A stretch of 64,000 nt of DNA from an uncultured delta proteobacterium (GTDB lineage: Bacteria > Myxococcota > UBA727 > VGSZ01), in NCBI GenBank assembly GCA_963775425.1, contig CAVZJB010000017.1, positions 128,001-192,000 on the forward strand, given 5' to 3'. The position numbers and the translations under genes were made by a program. Every line of letters starts with the position of its first letter. Position 1 is the stretch's first letter. Under the pieces are notes generated by a model, which saw only the letters and a program-made list of their open reading frames with translations, had not been told where the DNA came from and searched no databases. Positions 16,531 to 26,017 of the stretch are shown here, piece by piece.

Positions 16531-17914
16531 GGCTCTTCGCGGATCGCAGTGGGCCCTCTCAGGCACTTCGGGGCAGCGCGGGCAGGAAAGCCGCGACGAT
16601 TTTCAGCCCCAGGTACTCCTCGTCTCGGTAGCCGTATGCCCGTCTTTGGATGACGCGGATTTTGTTGTTGAGCCCCTCCACGACGCCGAGGCTGATCTTG
16701 TTCTCGGGGCGGCAGTATGAGGCGATGCCATCCCAGTGACGCTCGATCATCGCGGCGAATTTCACGTAGGGGGCGAGCCGTTGCCACTTGAGGCTGTCCC
16801 GCCAGCGGTCGAAGAAGGCCCGCGAGCCACGCTCGGTGCGGTAGTCCCACAGAAGGCCGAAGGACTCCTTGAGGACGTAGGCGGTGTTGAGGCGCCTGTT
16901 GGCCTGCAGCAGCTTCTTGAGGCTCGCCCTGCCGTCGTGGTCGAGGTTCTCGCGGTGGGAGAGCAGCGTGTACCGCTGGCCCTTGATGTACGCGCGGTCC
17001 TTGCCCTTCAGCCGCCGGAACTCGCTGCGCCGCACCTCGTCGAGGGCGTCGGAGAGGTGGCGCATGATGTGGAACTTGTCGAAGACCACGCGCGCGTTGG
17101 GTGCGTTCTTGGCGAGCGACTTCCTGAACGGCTTCCACATGTCCATGGCGGCGATCTCGATGCGGGCACACTTGGCCGGGCCCAGCGCCGCGAAGAAGAG
17201 ATCGAAGTCGGCTTCGGTGCGACCCGTCCCGCCGAACCGGATCGGCCGATGCTGGTCGAGGTCGCTGACGATCACGCGGTAGTTCTGCCCCTTGCGCACC
17301 GAGATCTCGTCGACGCCGATGGCCCTGGGCGCCAACCGACCAGCTCGCTCGACCTGGAGCCGCATGTAGATCTTGTCGAGGTCCTTCACGGTGCTGTCGT
17401 GCAAGTGCTCGAGCTCCGCGACGGCCTTGTTGGTCATCTCGCGGCAGAGCGCACCGACGTGCAGCGCGTACCGCCGCGTGTACCTCGGGTTCTTCGCAAG
17501 CCAGTCGAGCTGCTCTACGAACACCGCGTGGCATCGCGGGCACCGGACGCGCCAGCGCTCGAACTCCACGTAGACGCGCCACCCAGCCACCGAGAGGTCG
17601 CGCGCGCGGCAGGTCCGCTGGTCGTATCGGCCTCGACATCGATGTCCACAGCACGAGCACACCGCCGTTTTTTTCGCCGACGAAGCACGATGACGCGGGC
17701 GTACCGATTGCCGAACTCACCCTTGAGAGCGGAGGCAGCAACGAAGCCCGGCAACGAGAACAGTGCGCGAATGGAGGCCGGGCTCTTCATCCCACCAGCC
17801 TGCCCTCAACTCGACGCAGGTTTCAACCAAGACGCGCCCCTGGAAACGCCAGGCCCCATGCGGCCTTGCGGGCCGTGCACCCTTGCCGATGCCCACTCAA
17901 AAGCGCGAAGAGCC
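16531..17914 (-). mobile_element. ISL3-family insertion sequence (1384 bp)
   Basis: Terminal IRs GGCTCTTCGCG...AGTGGGC; 8-bp TSD CGAAGAAG at 16523-16530 and 17915-17922. Confidence 0.95.
16559..17790 (-). CDS. ISL3 transposase with a -1 frameshift at an A7 tract (17668-17674)
   Basis: zf-ISL3 CSCC...CPRC; IGVDE, AMDMW, FDKFH, VEGLNNKIRVIQRRAYGYR. Confidence 0.92.
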
Positions 17915-18769
17915 CGAAGAAGAAGGGAGGGAACCGCGCCTTGATCGGATGTCTCGCCGCCCTGGCCAGCATCGGTGCGTGCGCCGTTTGCGTGAGCGAC
18001 CTGTCGGAGAAGGCAGAGGACGATCGCATCGCCGCAGCGCAGGCACGCGACGCCGAGGACAAAGCGCGCAAGGCGACTGCGCTCGCAGCGCTGGCCACAC
18101 TGAAGACCAAGGATCCGCCGGACGTCTGGGTCGCGAAGTGCGCTCACGTCGAGAACACCCACGCGGAAATCCCGGACGAGTCGCGAGGCGCGTGCGCTGC
18201 GGCATTCGCCAGCGTCGGGCAAGCCAGGCTGAAAGCCGGAGACGCCACCGCCGCACTTGGCGCCCTGCAAACAGCCAAGCGTCTCGGTGCCGAGCACCTC
18301 GACGAGGCGCTCACAGCGGCGGAGAAACGCGCGCAGGTGGAAGCGGCCGCCGCTGAGAAGCGGAGGGCAGCGGCAGCCAAGGTCGCCGCCGACAAGAAGG
18401 AAAAGGCGGAGGCGCTCGAACGAGAAGCCGGCCCCAAACCGACGATCTGGGCGAACATCGGTGGTTGCTTCGAATGCGAGGAGGCGCTTCGTCAGGTGCT
18501 CAACGATCCAGACTCGTTCGAGCGCATGAGTGTCACCGACGCCCAGCTCGTGACGACGAAGAGGTACGGCCCGTGTTGGCGCGTCGGGATGACGTTCCGG
18601 GCGAAGAACGGCTTTGGCGGGAAGATGATCTACAGCAAGACGTTCCTCATCAAGCACGGGGGTGTCCACATCGAGTAGCGGCGACGACGCCTGGCGCACA
18701 AGCCGAAGCGTCATGTCGCCGACCGGGTCCCGCCTTGCTGGCCGACGCTGGGGATGCGACGATGGGGAG

Positions 18770-18982
18770 GTGACCCGTTTTGACCTCGACACCGAACGAG
18801 AAGACGATGGCCGGTGGCTGGCCGAGGTGGCGGCCCTCCCGGGCGTGCTCGCCTACGGCGCGACGCGCGACGAGGCCGTCCGCAAGGCTGAGGCGCTTGC
18901 CTTGCGCGTCATCGCCGACCGTATCGAGCACGGCGAGGCCGCGCCGGACGTCGGCGCGCTGTTCAACGTGACCGCCGCTTAG
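18770..18982 (+). CDS. hicB: HicB-family antitoxin (short form)
   Basis: EREDDGRWLAEVAALPGVLAYGATRDEAVRKAEALALRVIAD. Confidence 0.88.
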   Translation: MTRFDLDTEREDDGRWLAEVAALPGVLAYGATRDEAVRKAEALALRVIADRIEHGEAAPDVGALFNVTAA

Positions 18983-19191
18983 AGGTCGCCCGGTTGGAGC
19001 CCCGTGTGTTTGGCGATGCGCGCAAGCATCTTCGGGCCGATCTCGTCGTCGTCATGGAAGGCGAACACGTAGTCGGGGACGCCGTCGCGCGCGAGCACGC
19101 GATGCGAGCCGGTCTGCCGCTTCTGCGCCCAGCCGATGCGCAGCAGCGCCGCGAGCACTTTCTTCGCTTTCGTGGAAGCCCACTTCCCCAC
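18979..19191 (-). CDS. hicA: HicA-family toxin
   Basis: KKVLAALLRIGW...RQTGSHRVL...FAFHDDDEIGPKMLARIAKHTGL; GGAGG SD. Confidence 0.9.
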   Translation of the reverse strand: MGKWASTKAKKVLAALLRIGWAQKRQTGSHRVLARDGVPDYVFAFHDDDEIGPKMLARIAKHTGLQPGDL

Positions 19192-19370
19192 GCCCGACCT
19201 CCGCGTCGCCGCCAGCGTACCGCGAGCCCGTGCTACGTCAGGGCGCGGGCTCCCGCAGGGCGCCGCCTTGCACGACGCGCCGGCGGGGTGGGGGCAGCCG
19301 TGGGGGCATCCACCGGGACGTCCGGCCGATCACCGCGCCCTGATGCGGCGCCGCGAAGAGGTGTGATGGT

Positions 19371-19544
19371 CGCCGCCTCCACCACTCGGCGTCGCCGACA
19401 CGACTCGGCCGCAGCACTCGGCGCCTTTGGCGCCTTTCGTTTTGGTCGCCGCGTGGGTGCGGCGCCTGGGTGCCATCGCGCTCTCACGCGATGAGGTCTG
19501 CGCCGCGCGCAGACGGCGGCCGGGTGCGTCTCCGTGGCGCTGCG
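19371..19544 (+). repeat. Right direct repeat (attR-like copy of the ssrA 3' end plus flank)
   Basis: Copy of 12611-12847 lacking the 12645-12706 hairpin segment. Confidence 0.9.
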
Positions 19545-19612
19545 GCGGCGATGAGCCGCCCGGCCTCGTCGACGTCGCTCGAGTCCCGCCTGCGCGCCTT
19601 CATCAGCTCGCC

Positions 19613-20290
19613 TCATCGTTCTCCGTGGGCGGCGACGAGGTCCACGGCGATGGCGTGAAAGAGCCGCGCGAGGTCCCGCGCGAAGTCGCGGCGAAAGCCG
19701 CAGAGCTCCGGGGCGGAGGCGATGGCGCGGTCGACGGCCGGCGCGGGATGGGCGTAGGGCCACAGGCCCGTGACGACCACCGCGCCGTCGTTCAGGAGCT
19801 GGACGGCGTCCGCCGGCTCGAGGAGCGGCGCCTTCGACACCATGAACGACGCCGCCTGCTCGAAGAACGCGAGGCTCAAGCGCTTGAACTCGCGGATGGC
19901 GTCCTCGCTCAGGTTCTGCTCCAACACCGACGGCAGCGCGCTCGTCAGGAGACACAACAGCGGGCGCGCGGCCAGCGTGCGGGCGAGGTGGTCCGTGAGC
20001 GCGCGCAAGGACGCGCCCGGCGTCGCCTTCGCCGGCGACTTCCACGTCGCCGTCAGCGCCACGAACCACGCCGTCCACTCGTCGCGGAGCAGATCGAGGA
20101 GCACGTGCTCGCGGCTCTCGAAGTAGCGGTAGACGTTGGACTTGGTCATCGACGCCCGGCGGGCGAGCTCGTTCAGGCTCAGGTCGCGCAGCGCGGTCCC
20201 CTCCTCGAGCATCGCGCGGGCCGTCCGCAAGAGGCGCCCGCGGCGCTCCTCCTTCTGTTCGGGCTGCCGGGCGCGGGTGAAGCTCGTCAC
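19613..20290 (-). CDS. TetR/AcrR-family regulator
   Basis: RARQPEQKEERR...LSLNELARRASMTKSNVYRYFESRE. Confidence 0.92.
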   Translation of the reverse strand: MTSFTRARQPEQKEERRGRLLRTARAMLEEGTALRDLSLNELARRASMTKSNVYRYFESREHVLLDLLRDEWTAWFVALTATWKSPAKATPGASLRALTDHLARTLAARPLLCLLTSALPSVLEQNLSEDAIREFKRLSLAFFEQAASFMVSKAPLLEPADAVQLLNDGAVVVTGLWPYAHPAPAVDRAIASAPELCGFRRDFARDLARLFHAIAVDLVAAHGER

Positions 20291-20311
20291 ACGGCGATCC
20301 TAACGGATCGC

Positions 20312-20356
20312 TTGACTAGAGACCAGTGGTCTCTTACTTAGAGACCACCGGTCTCC
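20312..20356. promoter_or_regulatory. Sigma70-like promoter overlapped by twin TetR operators
   Basis: TTGACT (-35) and TACTTA (-10-like); palindromes AGAGACCAGTGGTCTCT (20318-20334) and AGAGACCACCGGTCTCC (20340-20356). Confidence 0.8.
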
Positions 20357-20388
20357 AATCGCGGGACCCAAGAACAGAGGAGCCGACC

Positions 20389-21369
20389 ATGCCCCATCCC
20401 CATATGTGCCCGCCCGAGCTGTTCGCCGGCGATCTGAGCGGCCGCACCTTCATCGTCACCGGCGCCAACTCGGGCATCGGCCTCGTCACCGTCGAGCAGC
20501 TCGCAAAACAGGGCGCCAACGTGGTCCTCGCCTGCCGCCGCGTGAAGGAGGGCGAGCAGGCCCGCGCCGGGATCGTCGCCCGCGGCGCCAAGGGCAGCGT
20601 GGAGGTCATGGAGCTCGACCTGGCGGATCTCGCCTCGGTCCGCCGCTTCGCCGAAGCCTTCCTCGCCGCGCACGATCGACTCCACGGCCTCGTCAACAAC
20701 GCCGGCGTGATGAACGCGCCCCAGGGCAAGACACGGGACGGCTTCGAGACGCAGCTCGGCGTCAACCACCTCGGGCACTACCTCCTCACCGAGCTCCTCC
20801 TCGATGCGCTCAAGCGCGCGGCGCCCTCGCGCGTCGTCGTGCTCTCGAGCTGCTACCACGACGTCGCGCGCGGCCGACAAGGCAAGATCGACTTCGACGA
20901 CTTGATGTTCGAGCGCCGCCCCTACGACGGCTGGGCGGCGTACGCGCAGTCGAAGCTCGCGAACCTCCTTCACGCGCGCGCGCTCGCGAAGCGCCTCGCC
21001 GGCACCGGCGTCACCGCCGTCAGCGTGCACCCCGGCTGGGTGCGCACCAACCTCATCCGCTCCACGATGCCGACCTGGATGCAGGACGTCGTCCTGCGTC
21101 CCTTCCTGCGCGCCGCCGGCATGATCGAGCCGTGGGAGGGCGCGCAGACGACGCTGTTCGCCCTGCTCTCCCCCGACGTGCCCGAGCACGCCGGCGACTA
21201 CTACTCGCAGCTCGGCATCTACCGCGACAAGGCGAGCAACAAGGGCGGTTGGCCGATGCGCTCCCCGAACCCCGAGGCGCACGACGACGCCGCCGTAGAC
21301 CGCCTCGACGTCGTGAGCCGTCGGCTCGTCGGGCTCCCTCCGGTGACGGACGCCGTTCGCGCCGCGTAG
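20389..21369 (+). CDS. SDR oxidoreductase (retinol dehydrogenase-like)
   Basis: TGANSGIG, NNAG, YAQSK, HPGWVRT. Confidence 0.93.
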   Translation: MPHPHMCPPELFAGDLSGRTFIVTGANSGIGLVTVEQLAKQGANVVLACRRVKEGEQARAGIVARGAKGSVEVMELDLADLASVRRFAEAFLAAHDRLHGLVNNAGVMNAPQGKTRDGFETQLGVNHLGHYLLTELLLDALKRAAPSRVVVLSSCYHDVARGRQGKIDFDDLMFERRPYDGWAAYAQSKLANLLHARALAKRLAGTGVTAVSVHPGWVRTNLIRSTMPTWMQDVVLRPFLRAAGMIEPWEGAQTTLFALLSPDVPEHAGDYYSQLGIYRDKASNKGGWPMRSPNPEAHDDAAVDRLDVVSRRLVGLPPVTDAVRAA

Positions 21370-21398
21370 CCTCGACGCCTCGACGCTGCGGCGCCCCC

Positions 21399-22127
21399 GT
21401 GATCGGCCCGCCGGCGGGGCGGGGCGGGACCGGAGCATGCGCGCACCTGAAGATCGAGCGCGACGACGCCGGCGGCCTCATCGTCGTCGACCTCGAGAGC
21501 CGCGGCGGCACCCGCATCGGCGGCGCCCCGCTGTCCGGCCGCCAGGCGCTGTCGCCCGGGGCCGACATCGACATGGCCGGCGTCGTCGTCCGGACCACGC
21601 CCGCGCCGGACGGCGTGTGGCTCGTGCCCGCGCTGGCCCCCGATCGCCGCGCGCTGGCCGCCACCGGCGACGACGTCGCCCTGCCCCGGCCCGCGCTTCA
21701 GCGGCGCCACCGTGACCGTGCGGTTCGACTCACGCGGCCGCGCGCTGCTGCTGCCGCCGGCGGCGCTCAACGGCGAGGCGCTCAAACGCCCGACAGCCGC
21801 GCCCTCGACCGCATGAAGTCGCCGCGCATGGCCCGCCGGGTCACCTGGGACGACGCCCGCGCCGCCGAGACCGAGGCCCCCGCCGTCGACCCCGGCCTGC
21901 GGATGGAGCGCGAGCGCGTCCGCCAGGCGCTGACCGCGCTATCGCCGGATCAGCGCGCGGTCGTCGACGCCTGCTACTTCGCCGGCCTCTCCACCGCCGA
22001 GGCGGCGGAGAAGCTCGGCTGCCCCGTGGGCACCGTGAAGTCGCGCCTGAGCGCCGCGCGCGAGCGCCTGCGCGCCGCCCTCGCCGACGACGACGCGCCC
22101 GCGACCGCCGGAGGGACCTCGTCATGA
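21399..22127 (+). pseudogene. Chimeric remnant: FHA fragment fused to ECF sigma region 4
   Basis: HLKIER...IVVDLESRGGTRIGG (FHA); LSPDQRAVVDACYFAGLSTAEAAEKLGCPVGTVKSRL (sigma region 4); sigma region 2 missing. Confidence 0.6.
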
Positions 22128-22396
22128 CCGATCGCGACGACGACCTCGACGACGAGCTGTTCGCGGCGCTGGTGCCACGGCTACACCGCGACTCCTGGCC
22201 CGGACCTCATCACCCTCGTCGTGGTCCAGCAGGGCTTCGACATCGGGGACGTCCACTTCGGCCCGGATTCGCCTGACGCCTGACCTCGACCGGTGCTGCT
22301 CCTCGTGGGGCGGGGCTTGTCGCCCGCCGATGCCGGCCGCGCCCTGCGGGAGCCTCCGCCGCCGCGCTGCACCCCCGAGCTATCTTGTCCCTCGAC

Positions 22397-23050
22397 ATGA
22401 CAAACGACGAAGAGCGAGCGGTCTCCGACGAGCCGCCGCAGCCACCGCGCGACATGTCCACCGAGGACGTTGCCCGACGCCCGCGCTTCAACGTGCGCTC
22501 GCCCCTCGTTCTCGGGGCCGTTGCCGTGCTCGTGCTCCTCATCGGCACCGTCGCGCTCCTGGTCGCTGTCGGGAGCGGCGAAGGCATCGCGCTCGTGCGC
22601 GCGAAGAAGGCGCCGCCGCCGCCACCGCCGCCCCCCGCTCCGCCGCGCGCGCGCATCGCCAGCGTCACGGTCACCGGCGACCTGTCGCCTGAACGGGTCA
22701 CCGCGGCGCTCCTCCCGGTGCAGCCCGCGCTCGACCGCTGCGCGGCGGCGTCGCCGGGGCAGCACATCATGTTGCGCGACGTCGTCGTCGGCGCCGACGG
22801 CGCCGTCGCCCCGATTCCCCGGAGCGGGCGCGTCTATGGCGACTGCGTGGCCGGCGCGCTGCAGGCCGCGCGCTTCGATCCCCCGGTGGCGCCGGACGTC
22901 TCGCTCGACATCCACGTCGCCGCGGACGCCGGCAAGGGCGATGACCGCCCGTTCCTCGACGCGAGTCGCATCGTCGCCGCCGCGCCGCGCGACCACGGCC
23001 ATGTTGGCGGCGCTCCGTCACCGGAACCGATGCGCGCGGAGGAGCGGTGA
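22397..23050 (+). CDS. Membrane protein with a Pro-rich linker and AgmX/TonB-C-like domain
   Basis: TM segment, poly-Pro, VTGDLSPERV...LDRC...GADG...DCV...ARFDPP. Confidence 0.5.
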   Translation: MTNDEERAVSDEPPQPPRDMSTEDVARRPRFNVRSPLVLGAVAVLVLLIGTVALLVAVGSGEGIALVRAKKAPPPPPPPPAPPRARIASVTVTGDLSPERVTAALLPVQPALDRCAAASPGQHIMLRDVVVGADGAVAPIPRSGRVYGDCVAGALQAARFDPPVAPDVSLDIHVAADAGKGDDRPFLDASRIVAAAPRDHGHVGGAPSPEPMRAEER

Positions 23051-23520
23051 TGCCACGCGTGATCGTGACGGGGGCGAATCGTGGGCTCGGCTTCGCGACG
23101 GCCGAGAAGCTCTTGCGGCGCGGCTGCGCCGTGGTGCTGACGTCGCGCGATCCCGCGGCGGGCGAGGCCGCCGCCGACGCGCTGCGCGCCGCCGTGCCGT
23201 CGGCGCAGGTGGAGGCGCGACAACTCGACACGTCGCTGCGCGCGTCCATCGAAGGCTTCGCGCGCGCGTTGTGGGCGGACGGCGCGCCCATCGACGTCCT
23301 CCTCAACAACGCCGGACGCATGAACCGCGATCCGCAGCCGGCCGTCGACACCGCCCTCGTCGCCGCCGGGATGGAGCTGTTCTTCGCGTCGAACGTGCTC
23401 GGCCCCTTCCTGCTGACGCGAATGCTGTTGCCGCTCCTCCTGCGGGCGCCCGCGCCGCGCGTGGTCAACGTCTCGTCGCGCACGCACCTGCGCCTGCCGA
23501 AGGGCAGCTTCCCGTTCGAC
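23050..23520 (+). pseudogene. Truncated SDR oxidoreductase
   Basis: TGANRGLG, NNAG and RVVNVSS present; no YxxxK, and sequence quality is lost after ~23520. Confidence 0.7.
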
Positions 23521-23984
23521 GGGAGTCGATCACAATCAGTCTTGTCTGCTTGTTGTCGACGAGCCCGCGGCGCGCGCCTGCGCGATGACGAATCGCCTGG
23601 TACAAGACCGCTCATGAAGCAGCTCGCGCCGCCGTCGGAGCATCGTTCGACCACGACAGCGCTGCGCTGCGCTGCTCTCGACGCTGCTCGCGTCGTCATG
23701 GCAAGCGGCCTGCTCCACCTGCGACGTGGAGACGGCGTGCAAAGCCGCGGAGCCTGGCGAGGTCGTGTTCGTGAGCGAGGAGTGCATCGTGAAGTGCGGC
23801 GAGGCCCTCGATGGCGGCGTGCCCGACAGCGGGGTCGATCCTGATCCCTGAGTTGCGGCGCGCCCTCGCGACGCACGCCGCCGTAACCACGTAGTCGCCA
23901 AGCCGGCACCACTCGCGTCAACCGATACCGCGACGCTCGGGCACGGGCACGGGCACGTTGACGGCGTGCCAATTCAATAGCCTG

Positions 23985-24371
23985 CTAAAGCAGGACGGAC
24001 GCGATCATCACCATGCCGGCGATGGACACCGCCCAGATGGCGGTGCGCAGGTAAGGGACGCCGATCATGTAGACCGCCGCGTGAGCGACGCGCGCCCCGA
24101 GGAAGACCTCGGCCCCGAGCGCCGTGGTGCTGTTGGCCTTGCCGAGCACATGGACGACCAGCACGAGGATGGCGAACAGCGGAAGGTTCTCCTTCATGTT
24201 CTTGCTCGTGCGCCGCCAGCGCTTCTGCCAATCGCTCTCCGCGGGCCGCGCTTCGTCTCGGTTGCCCAACGCCCACAGCGGGTGCTTCAGCAGCGTGGGC
24301 GCCGAGGAGATCATCATCAGCGCCCACGTGAGGACGACGCTGCCCAGGAGCATCCACAGGTCGGTCGTCAT
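23985..24371 (-). CDS. MAPEG-family membrane protein
   Basis: RWRRTSKNMKENLPLFAILV...FLGARVAHAAVY...YLRT. Confidence 0.88.
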   Translation of the reverse strand: MTTDLWMLLGSVVLTWALMMISSAPTLLKHPLWALGNRDEARPAESDWQKRWRRTSKNMKENLPLFAILVLVVHVLGKANSTTALGAEVFLGARVAHAAVYMIGVPYLRTAIWAVSIAGMVMIASVLL

Positions 24372-24573
24372 GCGGGACTCTTAGCACAACTTCGCGTGCC
24401 GTCCGACCGCGACGGCGGCGCCCGGATCGAGCGGCTCGCCTATCGTCGACATGCACGGCCGCGTGATCGCTGTGGACCTCAGCGGCGTGACCGAGAGCCC
24501 GATCTCCTTCGGTGCGCGGAACCGTGGCGAAGGGCAGGTCGGTGTTCTACAGCTCCACCGGAGGCGATTGAGC

Positions 24574-25365
24574 ATGGCTGTGATGAGCTTGGCGGAGAGG
24601 CTCGCCGAGGCGTTCGGCGAGATGCCGGCGAACGTGCGCCTGTCATTTTCACCCGCGGACGACGGCGATCCGGGGTCATGCGCCAACGTCGTCATCGACG
24701 TCGTGGGCGACGACGGCAGGGTCGTGCGCCGCCTGGAAGAGAGTGTCCTCGTCGACGGTTGTTCCGATCCGCGCTTCGACGCTTTTCTGATCGGATCCGC
24801 GCGGGCCTTTGCGGCCCTCGTTGCGCGCAACCAGATCGAGATCGGGAGTGACTTCTATCCGCATGACCTCCTGGTTGATCACGCGCTGACGAAGAGAGCG
24901 CTGGAGAGCGCGAGCGACTTCGAGGCCGCGCTGGCGAGCGTCGCGACGCGCGAGGCGCTGTTGGTCGAGAAGCTCATGCTCGAGCACCTTCGCGCGATCG
25001 GCCGCGAGTCGATCTCGGGCCCCGAGGACGCGCCCGCGCTGGCGCTGCTCTGCCGGCGCCAACTGGCCCTGGAGGAGGTGCCGATTCGAGAGCTGGCCGC
25101 GGCCGTGCGCCACCTCGCGGCGGCCGCGGACATGCGGCCGGTGTTTGCATCGCTGGTCGAGGCCTGGCTCGAGGAATACGACCCATTTGCCGAGGAAGCC
25201 TGGCCGGACGGGCCGAAGGTGGCCGCGCTCCTCGCCGCCGGCGCCTATCGGTCGCTCGCGTCACAGGTCGACCGCGACGCCGACTGGTGGGCCGCGCTCG
25301 TTCGCGCCGTGGACCGGTTGCCGCGCCGGCCCACCGAAGAAGAGCTCAGCCGCGCGGGGTTCTGA
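24574..25365 (+). CDS. Hypothetical protein
   Basis: Long ORF with plausible composition; start uncertain (24451-24583). Confidence 0.55.
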   Translation: MAVMSLAERLAEAFGEMPANVRLSFSPADDGDPGSCANVVIDVVGDDGRVVRRLEESVLVDGCSDPRFDAFLIGSARAFAALVARNQIEIGSDFYPHDLLVDHALTKRALESASDFEAALASVATREALLVEKLMLEHLRAIGRESISGPEDAPALALLCRRQLALEEVPIRELAAAVRHLAAAADMRPVFASLVEAWLEEYDPFAEEAWPDGPKVAALLAAGAYRSLASQVDRDADWWAALVRAVDRLPRRPTEEELSRAGF

Positions 25366-25398
25366 AAGCAGTCATCGGCGACGACGCAGAAGCGGTCC

Positions 25399-25740
25399 TC
25401 AGTGTGAGGACCCGTTCAGCATCGCGAACACTTCGCCGTGTCGCGCGCCGCTCCTCGCGTGCGGCACATCGAGCCGCGCCTTCGCATCCAACAACGCGCC
25501 CATTGCGTCGACGTTGCCGCGCACCGCGGCCAGCGACAGCGGCGTCATGCCGGTGGCGTCGTGGGCGTTGACGTCGCCGCCCGCCTTGATCCACGTGCGC
25601 AGCGCGTTGACGTCGCCGCCCTTGATGGCGTTCATCGCGCCGTCGACGGCAGGGCGGCGGCCCGCGATGAGGAGGCCGAGCGCGCAAAGCACCCCGCCGG
25701 CACGACGCTCATGATGCCACACCGTCATCGCCATGGGCAC
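25399..25740 (-). pseudogene. Ankyrin-repeat protein fragment
   Basis: AIKGGDVNALRTWIKAGGDVNAHDATGMTPLSLAAVRGN. Confidence 0.6.
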
Positions 25741-26017
25741 GGCATGCGTGCGGGTGTCAGATCACCTTCGCCGGCGGCGACGCGTCCCACCACCGTGTCG
25801 AAGCCTCAGCGCCTCGAGGGCCTCGGCGTCGCTGGAGAGATCGCCTGCGAGGCCGAGCGCGGCGCAGGCGACGACTCCAGGCGCCTTCGGCTAACACGCG
25901 CGCCGACGAGCACCTGCGATCCCCGTCACCGGACGGACAACCGCCGGATGATCCGCTGCGTCGATGAATCGCACCGCCCACTCGCACGTACCAAGACGCT
26001 CACCAAGCGAGGGACCG

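Larger units (their letters stand above)
16483..18678 (+). pseudogene. Membrane-anchored hypothetical protein interrupted by ISL3
   Basis: Removing the IS and one TSD copy restores the frame MESKNSAPNEEPQAKK-KGGNRALIGCLAAL...FRAKNGFGG; AAGGAG SD before the GTG at 16483. Confidence 0.8.
12611..19404. mobile_element. Decayed genomic island integrated at the ssrA 3' end
   Basis: Bounded by a 34-bp duplication of the tmRNA 3' end; cargo of TA modules, an IS and an RM fragment; no integrase visible. Confidence 0.85.

Noticed and set aside
12611-19544. Intact prophage or ICE
   Set aside because: No integrase, structural or conjugation genes are visible
23670-23851. Small Cys-rich lipoprotein-like frame (ACSTCDVETACK...)
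   Set aside because: No in-frame start codon identified; lies in a decayed tract
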